DNA of 64,000 nt from Podospora anserina (taxonomy: Eukaryota): assembly GCA_017654855.1 (NCBI GenBank), contig CM030332.1, positions 4,402,001 to 4,466,000 on the forward strand. Direction: 5' to 3'. Every line of letters begins with the position of its first letter. The stretch's first letter is position 1. Below, one piece after another: positions 12,592 through 24,574 of this stretch. The notes under the pieces were generated by a model. The model had not been told where the DNA came from and did no database searches. It saw nothing but the letters and a program-made list of their open reading frames with translations. A program made the translations under genes and the position numbers.

Positions 12592-15176
12592 ATGGCCGCT
12601 CTCGGCGACGACCTATTGGCGACTGTGAACAAGTTGCAGGACCTGGTCTTCAACACCATTGGAAATGACTCTCTCGATCTGCCCCAGATTGTATGTCCTG
12701 GTCCAGGCCTTTCTAGAGGTGGACAATGCTAACTGTATTCTCCTCGCCGTAGGTTGTCGTCGGCTCACAATCTGCGGGGAAATCCTCTGTGCTCGAAAAC
12801 ATCGTTGGGCGAGACTTCCTTCCTAGAGGTAGTGGCATTGTGACTCGCAGGCCCCTGATTCTGCAGCTGATCAACGTCCCCAGCGAGGATGAGGCCGAGG
12901 ACCCCCTTGCCGCTAGCTACCGGAATCCCAACCAAGCTCTCCGGAATGAGTGGGCAGAGTTCCACCATATTCCCAACCGGAGGTTCACCGACTTTGGGGA
13001 TGTGAAGCGGGAAATTGAAAATGAGACGGCGAGAGTTGCAGGAAGCAACAAGGGCATCAACCGCCAGCCCATCAACCTGAAAATCTACTCTCCTCACGTC
13101 CTGAACCTCACGCTCGTTGACTTGCCAGGACTGACAAAGGTCGGTAACCGTGCTCATGACCTTGCTCTGTCGCGTGTCCTAACTGCTACACTCTAGGTTC
13201 CCATCGGCGATCAACCTACCGACATTGAGAAGCAGACTCGAAACCTCATCTCAGAGTACATTGCCAAGCCAAACAGCATTATTTTGGCCGTGTCCCCGGC
13301 AAACGTTGACATTGTCAACTCGGAGGCTCTAAAGCTCGCAAGGCATGTCGACGCCCTCGGGAGGAGAACGATTGGCGTTCTTACCAAGGTCGATTTGATG
13401 GACCACGGCACAAATGCGCTTGATATTCTTTCCGGCCGTGTGTATCCTCTGAAGCTGGGCTGGATCGGAGTCGTCAATCGGTCGCAGCAAGACATCCAAG
13501 GTAACAAGCCCATGGAGGAGGCATTGAAGTCAGAGATGGAATTTTTCAGGCACCATCCCGCATATCGGAACATTGCGACCCGCTGCGGCACCCAATTTCT
13601 GGCCAAAACTCTTAACACGACCCTCATGGCACACATCCGCGACAGGCTTCCCGACATCAAGGCTCGCCTCAACACTCTTATGGGACAGACTCAACAGGAG
13701 CTCGCCAGTTATGGAGACATGCATTTCAGCGGCAAAGAGCATCGAGGCTCGCTCATCTTGACCCAGATGACACGCTTTGCGACATCGTTCATATCCTCCA
13801 TTGATGGTACTTCTACCGAAATTTCGACCAAGGAGCTCTGTGGTGGCGCCCGTATCTATTACATATTTAACTCGGTGTTTGGAAGCTCACTGGAATCGAT
13901 CGACCCCACGTCGAATCTTTCTGCGCACGACATTCGGACGGCGATCCGCAACTCTACCGGCCCTCGGCCCAGCCTGTTTGTCCCTGAAATGGCCTTTGAC
14001 CTGCTTGTGAAGCCGCAGATCAAGCTTCTCGAATCCCCAAGTCAACGATGCGTTGAGCTCGTTTACGAGGAGCTCATCAAGATCTGCCACACATGTGGAT
14101 CCAACGAGCTTTCCCGCTTCCCCAGGCTTCAAGCTAAACTGATTGAGGTTGTGTCTGACCTTCTCCGGGAGAGGCTCGGTCCGGCATCGACATATGTAGA
14201 ATCCCTGATTTCCATTCAGCGAGCGTACATCAACACGAACCACCCCAACTTCCTTGGCGCCGCCGCGGCCATGAGTCACGTTGTTAGCAACAAGCAAGAG
14301 CGGGAGAGAAAGCGCCTGATTCAAGAAGAGCGGGAGAGAAGAGAACGGAGGCGGCTAAAGGAGCTCGGCGCCAACGGCGCGGACACTCCCGCTGAGGAGG
14401 AGGAGGACAAGGGGACGCCAGAAAAAGAATCCATCGCGATACGAAAGGCGGCTGCCAAGAACGTCCGTAGCCTTTCACCTGCGGTACGCGAATCTGCATC
14501 AGGCGGTCTTGCTGCTGCGCTTAACGGAGGTCGCTCGGACTCTCCTGCCCGGTTGAACGGACAAGGGTTAGGCAACGCGAAAGATTCGTTCCTTAACTAC
14601 TTCTTTGGTAAGGATGGCGCCATTGTGCCGGGAGCACCACCTCCTCACTCACAAATGGGCCGCCATATCAACCAAATGTCGGAGCCTACCTTTAGCCAGA
14701 GCATGAGGCGGCAAGAAGAGAAGCCGATGCGATCTCCCATGATGCCGCTCAGAAGTGACGATAATCTCGACTTTACGTCCAAGACCACCGAAACTGTAAG
14801 TTGTCTGAACCTGTTGCCCCATAAGCTATCCTGTAGCTGTGCCCTGACTCAATGATTGCAGGCCGATGGTAGCAGCGATCCAGCCATGACGGACCGCGAA
14901 GCTATGGAAGCGGAGCTTATTCGGGCGCTAATCAGCTCCTACTTTAACATTGTTCGTGAGAGCATTGCGGACCAGGTGCCCAAAGCCATCATGCACTTGC
15001 TCGTTAACCACTGCAAGGACGTGGTTCAGAACCGCCTGGTGAGCGAGCTGTACAAGGAGTCGATGTTCGAAGAGCTCCTGTACGAGGATGATGCCGTCAA
15101 GAAGGAGCGTGAGAAGTGCGAGAAGCTGCTCCAGACCTACCGCGAGGCGGCCAAGATCATCGGCGAAGTCGTATAG
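12592..15176 (+). CDS. DNM1: Dynamin-related GTPase Dnm1 (mitochondrial/peroxisomal fission)
   Basis: [48 protein letters not shown] (P-loop), TRRP, DLPG and TKVD motifs, middle domain, insert B and C-terminal GED. Three introns near 12691, 13140 and 14796. The N-terminus resembles Dnm1 more than Vps1. Confidence 0.9.
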
Positions 15177-16222
15177 TCCCAGTATATTCGGGGGTCAAGG
15201 GGGAAAAGGGTGGCTAGTTGGGCAAGTGGATGGATGTCTATACGATGGAAATGAACGGGTTTGGGTCTTTCGATTTTGCATGAATTCTTCTAGACGGGTT
15301 CTTTCTTCCCCCACGAAAACCCAGTACACAAGGCAACTAACTCGGTTCGGGTGGTCAAGCGAAAATTAGTCATGGTTTTGTGTAGAGTTGAGATGGAAGG
15401 GGGTGAACTAGGCCATTTTAGCTATTGCCTCTCCGCCATCATGTGTACATAGGGGCCGATCAAAACTACTACTTCTCAACGGTGTTTAAACATGGCAGCC
15501 TCACTCACATGTGACGTGCATGCGGGACGAAAAAGCTTATCTAATAAATGAGTGCACGCACCCAGTCCTTTGTTGGAACTTTGGACCCGACGCGTTCCAG
15601 ACCCACTCCCACTCGGCAGCTTCCATCCATCCCTTCCATCCAATTCAATCCATACTTAAACATTTTCGGCTTTGGCAAGGCTGTCAACCATCTCATCCAT
15701 TGCACTCACTCACTCACTCACCGCAACACCATCACCACGTCTCTGACCAACGCTCACCAGCCCTCGGCTCTGCTGACTCCCGTCCGCCCGTCCGTCGGTT
15801 CTATTCTCTCCCACCAGACACGCTCCATCTTTCCGCACCTGGTGCCCTCGTTACGCGGTTTGACTTGGGACATTTCTGGCTCTTTCCTGCCTGCCTATTA
15901 ATCACAGCCAGCTCCGTCCGTCTAGCGACGCTCAAGATGCTGGGCTCTCCAACAGATCAACTGCACTGGTAGCCGAGTTTTTCTGGTTGCCCGTGGTGGG
16001 CTCCTATCCTCTGCATAGGAGCCGTCCGTCTTATACAGGCAACGACGCCATCTTCTTCAACGTCGTTGTCAGTCTACCAACTCCCCCTTCACTCCATCAT
16101 CCTATTTCTCCCTGCCCCCCCACCTCCCCCCCCCCTCCCCACTCTGCAGCACCGGACAAGTGTTTCCATTCTCCTTTCTGTCGCCACCAATTTGGTGCGA
16201 CGTTGTTCTTCTCGTTTCTCAA

Positions 16223-19200
16223 ATGGCCTCGGATGGTTTACATGGAGCTGGCCATCCAATGGCTTCTCGAGGCCCGGAGCTCCCAAACGCTGAGGCGCCC
16301 GTGTTGACAAGGAAACGCAAGTCATCTGGGCTCGAAGCAAAGTCCGATGCATCTACGGAAGTTTCATCTCAAGAGACGAACAAGAAGGTCAAGGTGGACA
16401 ATGACTGCGCCGAAAGGAAATCTGTTGCGGTGCCCATACCGGTGGATCGGTCTGCTCTTCCCCCAGAGATTTGGCATCGGATATTTACCTTCTGTCCACC
16501 AAGGTCATTGGGTAACTTGTTGTCTGTCAACAAACTCTTCAACCTATATCTTGACCCAAGTTCGAAGGTTAGCAAAGACGCTCCCGCTTCTAGCAGCAGC
16601 GGTGCTGTTGCACAAATCAAGGCCAACAGTATCTGGCAGGTTTCCAGACGGCTCTTTTGGCCTTATATGCCCTCCCCATTGCGCTCCAAGACAGAACTCG
16701 AGATGTGGCGGCTTGCTTGCTCTCATAGGTGTCATTACTGTGGAAAACTGGATCCGCGGAAACAGACTACCATGCTTGATCCTCATCTTCGAGGTCCCGG
16801 AGAAAACGGGGTAGCTACCATCTGGCCATTTGAGACTTGTATGTGTGCAGCGTGTCTCTTGAAGCACACCATCAAGGTACGATCATTCCGCGCCTCTTCT
16901 CTGGAGAACCTTCAGTTTGACACCGGAAAACAGGAGCTCGATTTAGATCTCTCACCCACTATCCCTTCCTCAGTTGTACCCGCGCTCTCTTTCGTGTACC
17001 TCACAAGCGACCTTCAGGTCCTCCCGGCTACTACTTTTGAACAAGGTCAGCTTCCTGTCGAAACACAGATCACCAAACGGTTCCTTTCCTCCGAGGTTCA
17101 AGCACTGGAACGTGAACTTCTAGAGGTCAGAGAAATGGGCCCGGGGACGGTGACAGAATGGTTGAAGGGACTTCCAGCGCGCGGTAGCGGCATCCGACAA
17201 GAAGTCTTGAAGTGGGAGAAATGGGAAAGTCTCGGTGGGCTTGCAAAAATGTGCTCGCAGCTTTACCCTGGCTACGTGAAAGACGTTGTGAGCACTCTGC
17301 CTGCCTCCACGACGCACGCGCCATCTTCTGATTCTTCATCTTCGATGCTGCCAAATCAACCATCCTCGGCTGCCACCCGCCAGCAGTTTCCCCATATCCG
17401 TCATGAACGCACCGCGGCTGAGGTTGCTGAGCTCAAGGCAGCGCGGAGAGCCGAGATTGAGCGACGTGCGCTGCTTCTTGAGCCCCCCTTGGGCCCAAAC
17501 GTACTCCGGCACATCCCATCATTCCAAGCAGCTATGCAGATTCCTCATCCTCCTTTTGACGATAAAGCCTGGGAAGTCCTCAAGCCGCGGCTCTTGGCTC
17601 AACGAGCTGACGCTGAACAGCGAGAACGAGAGAACGCAGCCGCCATTCAGGCCAAGCAAGACTCACATCTTGAAACGACTCTTGCTAGCACAAAAGAAGC
17701 CCGGGATCTGATCGACAAGGCTTGGGAAGATCAACAAGGGCCTCTTCGAGAACGCATCGCCGGTTACGCAGATGAGATAATCAGAGACGGGTGGAACAAT
17801 GGCAAGGTCACCAAGGAAACATGTGCCAGGTTTGCGGTTGAGGCACTTGGCTACGTGCGTAAACGATTCTACGCTGAAATTGCCAAGGATGTCGATGCTG
17901 CAAGGTCTGCCGGTCAAACACCGCCCGTTGATCCTCTAGAGGGTCCCTTCACGCAGAAGCTCACACTGGAGAATATGAAATGGATTTTCGATACGAAAAT
18001 CAAGCCCATCACAGAACGCTACCACAAGGAACTGTTTTATTGCAATGGCTGCGAGGGGATCACCAAGACATTCGGGTTTGAAGGTGTTATACAACATTTC
18101 GCCGCAAAGCATACAAGCGCTCTCAGTTCGGGCAACATCGTTGTCTACTGGAGAGCAGAATGGCCGGAACATCCTCCATTTGCGGCAGAGATCCGACAGG
18201 TTCGCCATCAGCCTTTCTTTGCGCCCACCCAACCTGTTTTCCCCGCCACTGGTCCTCCATCGTTCCCAGTCGGCCACAGCTACCCTCCAGCACCACTTGC
18301 ACCTAATCATTTGCCAACATACCCACGGGGCCCATATGGGTATGGAAATTCAGCCTACAATGACCCTTATCAGCCGCCGCCGTACCCCTTACAGCCACAT
18401 CAGATCGTGTCTTCCTATCCGTCTCAGCCTGGGTATGAGCACCACCAGTCTTACCCAGCGCCATCTGATCCATACCCGCCTTACCAGCCGCCTGTGGGTC
18501 AATACCCCCCAGGCCCTGCTTCAGCTACCGATCCATCTCATCATTACCCGCAACAGCCTCCCCAAGGCAACCCTTACGACCATGGTTACCCACCATATCC
18601 AGTCGCCCATCTTTACCTTCCTTCGGCAACACCACACCCTGATATGCACAGAGCAAAACTTGAGGATATAGCCCGGAATTCGCGGGAGGTCTGGCAAGAA
18701 CTGGGCAACATACGAGGACTTCCTGGCAGTGTACGCGTCTTTGTGACAATTCATCATTTGGTCAAGAGATTCCACTCTAAATTTTACGAACCGCCCGCGC
18801 TCGCGATTTTTATCGAGGGGCTCTCGAACAACAAAGACATGCGTCCTGTTCGAAACGTGAACGACCTGATCTGCAAGGCTTGTCATCTTGGACTTGGTAA
18901 CGCTGCCACGGTAGAGCAAGACAGAAAGAGCTTCTCGCTGCCCCAGTTAACAAATCACTTCCAATCCAAGCACGTCAAGCCTTTGCAGAGTGCGCATGCG
19001 CCTCCGATGGATTGGACGTTGGACATGGTGTTCTTACCGGAGCTAGCTCCGATATCGAATCTGCACTCTGCAATGTCAGAGGTGCAAAAGCGACTGATAG
19101 TCGAAGCTTTGCCAGGGATCTTTGAACAGCAGGGTCCGAAGCTTGTGCCTGCCGATGTTTATTACGGACAGCCAGCAAGTTCCTCTTCTGTGTATCCGGC

Positions 19201-20437
19201 CGCCCAGGAAGTCCACAGTGCCTTGCGGACCAACTCACCACAGGTCTTGTCGGCTGGTGCATATGGTAACACGGCCCCGTCTTATAGTCATTCCGGAAAT
19301 CCCTCCAATGATGTTCCAGCTATCACAACCCCTGCTGCAGCGTCTGAAAAAGCCTCGGGGCATCCCAGTGAGGGTGGCGGGCACGCCTCACAGGGGTCTC
19401 GACCTGCCAACCGACGCCAAAACGGGCTTCAAAATGGAAAGAAAGCATCTGGCAAGAACAAGCGCAAGAGAAACCAGGACGGGAATCCTTCTGGTGGGCG
19501 CAGGGCCGGGAGGCAGTTTAGAAGGGATGAGTCCAGTACCCGGCGCAGAAGCACCAGCGATAATCCTGGCACTTCCTCGTCGAACAGAGTGGACAGAGCT
19601 CCAGTATCGATTACTTCTTTTGGAGGCTCGTCAGGCCAGGATCGCACCACGGTGGGCAAAGATGCTACCAACCTTTTAGCGGCTTTGGAGTCACATCTCA
19701 CCCAGGCGCCGCGTGGGCCCGTGTATCACAAGAATGGGACTGCTCCCGCAGCTGGGGAAACTCTTCATAACGCCGTGCAGCCCCATGCCCGGCAGAGTGG
19801 GGATGAAGATCAGCATCGCTATTTCGAGCCATCCACTCGGCAGAGGATCTCAGTTGATAAGCGGGTCGAACAGCAGTCCTCTTATCATTCAAGAATAGAA
19901 GTCGAACGGCCCGATCACTGCTACCCAACAACTTCGGACGCAATCAGACCTTCCGGGTACGCCGCGCCTGAGGAGAGATACTACACCCGGTATGATCGGC
20001 CCTCTTCTGTCTTACCCGCGGAGCTGGAGCCAGGCAGTGGGCTGAGGCGGTTGAGGGAGGAGTCTGACTATCCGAGATACCGCGACGGGCCGCGCAGACC
20101 GATTAACCCGGCTGATGAGATTGTTGAAATCGTACACGTTATCGAGGGAGAGCATTCATATTATATTGAACGACCGGTTCGGCGTGAGCCCCAGACACGC
20201 TACGTGTTTGAAGAGCGAATACTTCCTCATCGTGAGCCAGTTGACCGCTTTACTGAAGGTGGTGGGTATGAGGCCGGGTACGCATCGGCCGCTCGGCCTG
20301 CAGGATCGGCTTCAGAGATGAATATGGCTAGAAGATTCAGCATGGCACCAGAAGGGAGACGAAGGACGGACGGAGGAGTTACGGTCAATAATTCAGCATA
20401 CCTAGAGGAGTATGATCCTCGGTTTCCGGCGGCCTAG
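16223..20437 (+). CDS. Large F-box-like protein with Cys/His zinc-binding motifs and a Pro/Tyr/Gln-rich region
   Basis: Long ORF with first ATG at 16223. F-box-like LPPEIWHRIFTFCPPRSLGNLLSVNK, NLS-like RKRK, and C2H2-like CNGC...HFAAKH and CKAC...HFQSKH. Likely in-frame intron at 16877-16933. Confidence 0.75.
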   Translation: MASDGLHGAGHPMASRGPELPNAEAPVLTRKRKSSGLEAKSDASTEVSSQETNKKVKVDNDCAERKSVAVPIPVDRSALPPEIWHRIFTFCPPRSLGNLLSVNKLFNLYLDPSSKVSKDAPASSSSGAVAQIKANSIWQVSRRLFWPYMPSPLRSKTELEMWRLACSHRCHYCGKLDPRKQTTMLDPHLRGPGENGVATIWPFETCMCAACLLKHTIKVRSFRASSLENLQFDTGKQELDLDLSPTIPSSVVPALSFVYLTSDLQVLPATTFEQGQLPVETQITKRFLSSEVQALERELLEVREMGPGTVTEWLKGLPARGSGIRQEVLKWEKWESLGGLAKMCSQLYPGYVKDVVSTLPASTTHAPSSDSSSSMLPNQPSSAATRQQFPHIRHERTAAEVAELKAARRAEIERRALLLEPPLGPNVLRHIPSFQAAMQIPHPPFDDKAWEVLKPRLLAQRADAEQRERENAAAIQAKQDSHLETTLASTKEARDLIDKAWEDQQGPLRERIAGYADEIIRDGWNNGKVTKETCARFAVEALGYVRKRFYAEIAKDVDAARSAGQTPPVDPLEGPFTQKLTLENMKWIFDTKIKPITERYHKELFYCNGCEGITKTFGFEGVIQHFAAKHTSALSSGNIVVYWRAEWPEHPPFAAEIRQVRHQPFFAPTQPVFPATGPPSFPVGHSYPPAPLAPNHLPTYPRGPYGYGNSAYNDPYQPPPYPLQPHQIVSSYPSQPGYEHHQSYPAPSDPYPPYQPPVGQYPPGPASATDPSHHYPQQPPQGNPYDHGYPPYPVAHLYLPSATPHPDMHRAKLEDIARNSREVWQELGNIRGLPGSVRVFVTIHHLVKRFHSKFYEPPALAIFIEGLSNNKDMRPVRNVNDLICKACHLGLGNAATVEQDRKSFSLPQLTNHFQSKHVKPLQSAHAPPMDWTLDMVFLPELAPISNLHSAMSEVQKRLIVEALPGIFEQQGPKLVPADVYYGQPASSSSVYPAAQEVHSALRTNSPQVLSAGAYGNTAPSYSHSGNPSNDVPAITTPAAASEKASGHPSEGGGHASQGSRPANRRQNGLQNGKKASGKNKRKRNQDGNPSGGRRAGRQFRRDESSTRRRSTSDNPGTSSSNRVDRAPVSITSFGGSSGQDRTTVGKDATNLLAALESHLTQAPRGPVYHKNGTAPAAGETLHNAVQPHARQSGDEDQHRYFEPSTRQRISVDKRVEQQSSYHSRIEVERPDHCYPTTSDAIRPSGYAAPEERYYTRYDRPSSVLPAELEPGSGLRRLREESDYPRYRDGPRRPINPADEIVEIVHVIEGEHSYYIERPVRREPQTRYVFEERILPHREPVDRFTEGGGYEAGYASAARPAGSASEMNMARRFSMAPEGRRRTDGGVTVNNSAYLEEYDPRFPAA

Positions 20438-20978
20438 CTTGCTACCTCATATCACAACACGAGGCTCAAGTTGATGGATGACATTGTTTCTTTATTGGTC
20501 TCAACCAATGCATATATATATATATGAATACCCAACTTTGGGAATACCCTGATAGTATTGGCATGACTGAGATGATGGAGCACGAAAAGTGTTGTAATCA
20601 CGGGTGATGTAGAACAGCACTGCTAGCCATCTCGCATTAAGCAGGTGATCTCGAAGTGTCCCAGAAGTTGGGTGGTGTTGATTTCGAGCTGGACGTCTGG
20701 TCTTCCCGGATCCACAACCCCCCCCCTTTCACCCTAACTCGTTCAATCCAGACCCTGCATTAAATAGTCTTCCATCACCAACTTACTCCAAGTGCAAATG
20801 CAGCAATCACATCTCTCAACTCTTCCCCCTGACAGTTCCGTCACTGCTGACATGACATTCACGCACACTCCCAAAAGGTCACAGCGAAATGGCCAAAAGG
20901 CTCGGGGACACTAGGCAAACGAACGCGAAGTCATGTTTCTATTCATCGTCAACATCACGGTGGATTGTTGATCGTAGC

Positions 20979-23603
20979 TCATTTCCATGAGCTCCCCACC
21001 GATGCCGCCGCACAGGGGACAGTGTAAGATCGGTTGGGGTCCGACTCCCACGACGCCGCACCTGAGCTGCTGACCTTGACAAACTTGTATTGGATGTTGG
21101 TCCCAGGGGCAAGCTTCAGAGTCCCGGTCCAGAGAGGGTTGTTGTTGGTGTACTGCGATGCGTTGAGCGCAACGCCGTTGGTTGGGTTCCAGTTGCCGAG
21201 AGCGGCCACATTTCCAGTGCTGTTGGGTGGGAAAAGACTTGTTAGTATGGTTGCGGTGAAAAAGAACAGAAAGAGTGGGTGGGGGTTATGACATACACCT
21301 TGACTGAGTCGCCGAAAGACGTGGACACGAGGTGGTTGAAAGTGATATCGACCGTGGCTAAGGAGCAGCTGGGATTGGCTGAGTGAATTCACGTAAGCTC
21401 TCTGCCTCACCGGTAGATTCAAGAGGAGCATACCTGTCGGGGTGGCAGTTGGGGCAGCGGTCGTTGATGTCGCAGTCGGCGGGCCAGTCAGGGAAGGGCA
21501 GATGCCACTTCCGGCGAGGCGAGAGGCTGGGTAGAGCACCCTTGAAACACCGCCATTGAGCGTGACGGTGATACCACCACCTCCATCTGTGGTGTAAGGG
21601 GTGCAGCTCATGACATCAATCAAGGCCTGGTTGGGGGTGAAGCCAGTGGCCGAAGAGACCAAGGTAACAGGCACCGACGAGGAGGAGCCGGCGTTGGTGT
21701 AAACACCGATAACCTGAGCTCCTGTGAACCCCTTTCGGAGAACAATGGTGCGGCTGTCTGAGTAGATGGTGTGGGCGTTATAAGTGAGGTATTTCGAGTC
21801 TTGCGAGATGGCGTGCGACCGAATCTGGTTAAGCTTGGTGATCCATTGGTAGAGTTCCGAGCTGGTCGAGTAGCCCGAATACCAGACAGCCTCGCGATTG
21901 TTGGGGGTTCCTGTGCCGGCATAGTGTTGTTCTTGTCCCTGGTAGATGATGGGGATACCTGTGGGTTGTTAGTGAACCACTCCGAACAATTCAAGCGATG
22001 GGGTGGACTAATACGTACCATCCTTCAGCATCGTGACAGCGATTCCCTAACAAAAGACCAGTGTTAGCGCTTGCTCCGAAAGATCGGGTTGGAGATGCCT
22101 CACATTCTTTGCCAGCGCCATATCCTTGGTAAAGGAAGCGAAGCGCTCCACGTCGTGATTCTCTAGGAACGAGCCCCAAAGACTGAGATCCTTCGCAACG
22201 CCCTTGATTGTATCGAGACCAGCCACGAGCGCGCTGATGCTACCGCTGGTGGACTGGAAAGCCCGGAGGATGTAATAGTAGCTGAGATGTATGGTCAGAA
22301 ATGTCCTTTGATCAGCAAAAGAGACATCGACTCACCTAGGATAATCAAGGACGCCATCCATGTAGTATTGGTATGGCGCGACATAAAGAGCGTCGCCATG
22401 GTACACCTCACCCGTCAAGTATACGCCCGCCGCGGCATTGAATCCAGACCAAAACGATGTCTCGACATGCTTTGCACTGTCGACTCGTAGACCATCACTG
22501 AACAAAATAGAGTTAGTTCTTCATTTCGCTTCATGGCACAGGTCGAGGGCTCGTACATGGAATAGGTAGAAACAAGGTGAGAAATCCACTCGTTCCAAAT
22601 CCGACGCACATTGGGGCTATAACAAGTCAACACAAAGCACATGGCGGATGGTGCTTTCTCGTGTGTGCTTACTCTGAAGTCCGAAGATCTGGGAGACTGA
22701 CGGTGTCGCTTCCTTGCCAGCATCTTGCCGTATGTTAGCTCTGCATAGATTCTGCGAGCACCTCGCGCAAAACACAACGGTACGTACTGTTCGACTGAAG
22801 TTTGGCTGTTGTAATTGATCCAACAGGGAGGGTGATAGTACGAAGACTGCGGAACACGGTATCAGCAACTGAAATCTTGTTAGGCCTTAGAGTCTAGAGG
22901 TACATACCGACGAAAAGGGGCTGAGAGCACCATAGTCAACACAGTTAGCACAGCCCATGTGCGCCATGTGGTTGGTGACAATATCCACCATAAGATACTA
23001 CGTAATCGTCAATATGGTTAGCAGGGATGTCCCTTCTGTCCACCCAGCCCTACCCAACAACTATGGTGGTTTCTGAAGAGCAGAAGCTGAGGCTCGAGTC
23101 AACAAACGCACCATTCCTCGCGCGTGGAGCGCCGTGGACAAGGCCTTCAGGTCGTCCTCGTTGCCGAACGCTGGGTTCAGAGCCCAAATGTCCTTGGCCC
23201 AGTACCCATGATAGGACGATCTAGATTCGCGTATCTGTCAGCCCTCAACCAAAACAAAGATACCACTTTCATAGTGGGTCATAGCAAAGCGTTGTCCTTA
23301 CCCATCCCTTGAGTTTCCATCAATCTGCTTGACAACAGGCGAGATCCAAACAGCTGTGAAGCCCATGCCTTGGATATAGTCCAGCTTCGAGATGAGTCCC
23401 CTCCAGGTCCCGCCGCAGTACACTTGGTGAGTGGTATCGCATGGTGCCGTAGTCGAAAGATCGGTGCGGGCGAATCGATCGGTGACAACCTGGTAGATAG
23501 ACTGCTTGCGCCACTCTGCCGCTGAAAGTCCCGAGACTCCCATCACTCCACAGAGCGCTGCGCCTGCGGCCAGGAGCCGCATGCCGAAGTTCAGGGTGTA
23601 CAT
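20979..23603 (-). CDS. Secreted alpha-amylase (GH13, Taka-amylase type) with Thr-rich linker and C-terminal CBM20 starch-binding domain
   Basis: Twelve exons reconstructed in frame. Signal peptide then [43 protein letters not shown], catalytic [14 protein letters not shown] and FLENHD. CBM20: [28 protein letters not shown]. The start may instead be the ATG of MRLL at 23582. Confidence 0.93.
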
Positions 23604-23968
23604 TGTGACAACAGCGAGGTGCTATCACTGAGAACTTCTGCGGCGATGGAAAGAGAGCCCGTCGAGGAGGAGTGGGTGAGCGAGGAAGGGAAAAAACTGA
23701 TCGGTGTGTGAAAACCGCCGAGTTGAGTTATATCCACGGAGCTGAAGCTGAACTTGAAGCCAGCCCCCTTATTAAGTACACCATCCTCGAGACACCATGG
23801 CAAGCACTTCCTTGATGATGATTAGCAAGTGTCAAATCCAGGTGGAGTGTCAAGAATCAGATAGAGAGATATCCATCATGATGGTACCGTGAACGTACCA
23901 ACCATACCGCAGAGGTGTGTAGAGAAGCATGTAACTATGGCCCAGCAATTGGCGCGCCCAAATTCGGT

Positions 23969-23982
23969 CCGTTACGAGACCG
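23969..23982 (-). promoter_or_regulatory. Putative AmyR/COL-26-type site CGG-N8-CGG
   Basis: Minus strand reads CGG TCTCGTAA CGG, about 370 bp upstream of the amylase ATG. Confidence 0.55.
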
Positions 23983-24574
23983 GATACAAAACTTGTTCAA
24001 CCGTAGACTGGGCATATGACTAGACGCGGACCTGATCTCGACCTTCCATTGACACTGCACTCGGAGCCATGTGCCTCGAAAGGGCTAGATACCGTACCAA
24101 GCCGGCAGCCGCACGCATTCCCCGCAAATGTTGGAGATCCGGGGCCCCGCCTCGACCCCTGAATCCGTCTTCCAAGGGAGCGGCAGAAGGCCCGAATGCG
24201 CTGCCGACAATGCCTTTTCTCTACACCACCTTCAATGACGAAAGTCGTCAGCGTACATAAAATGCGGGGAGGGGCAGTGTAACGTGCGATGAAACAAATC
24301 TTCGGCATGGCAGCCTCGGCTCTTTGCATTTTTTTCTCCAACGTTCGAGCAGCTAGCACACACTGATGGCGGTGGTAGTTATGACAGTGAAGGATGAGAA
24401 GGGGTATTATGATATACAACCCAGAGGCGACCTCGAACCAACCCACGCTTTTCCCCTCTGTCCTCCTGATTCCCACACCTGGCCCAGGAAACCCAAACAA
24501 ACTACCTTCCCATGACGTATTCGACAAGCGGTCTCAACTGGCCCTCGGCTCTCCGTCAACTAGATGTTGTGATA

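Noticed and set aside
8483-15176. Cluster of mitochondrial genes (SCS-like, COX19, DNM1)
   Set aside because: They share no pathway, and adjacency of three mitochondrial genes is readily explained by chance.
20979-23603. Alpha-amylase looks fragmented in the ORF track, like a pseudogene
   Set aside because: Manual splicing of 11 canonical introns restores one continuous frame with all three catalytic residues.
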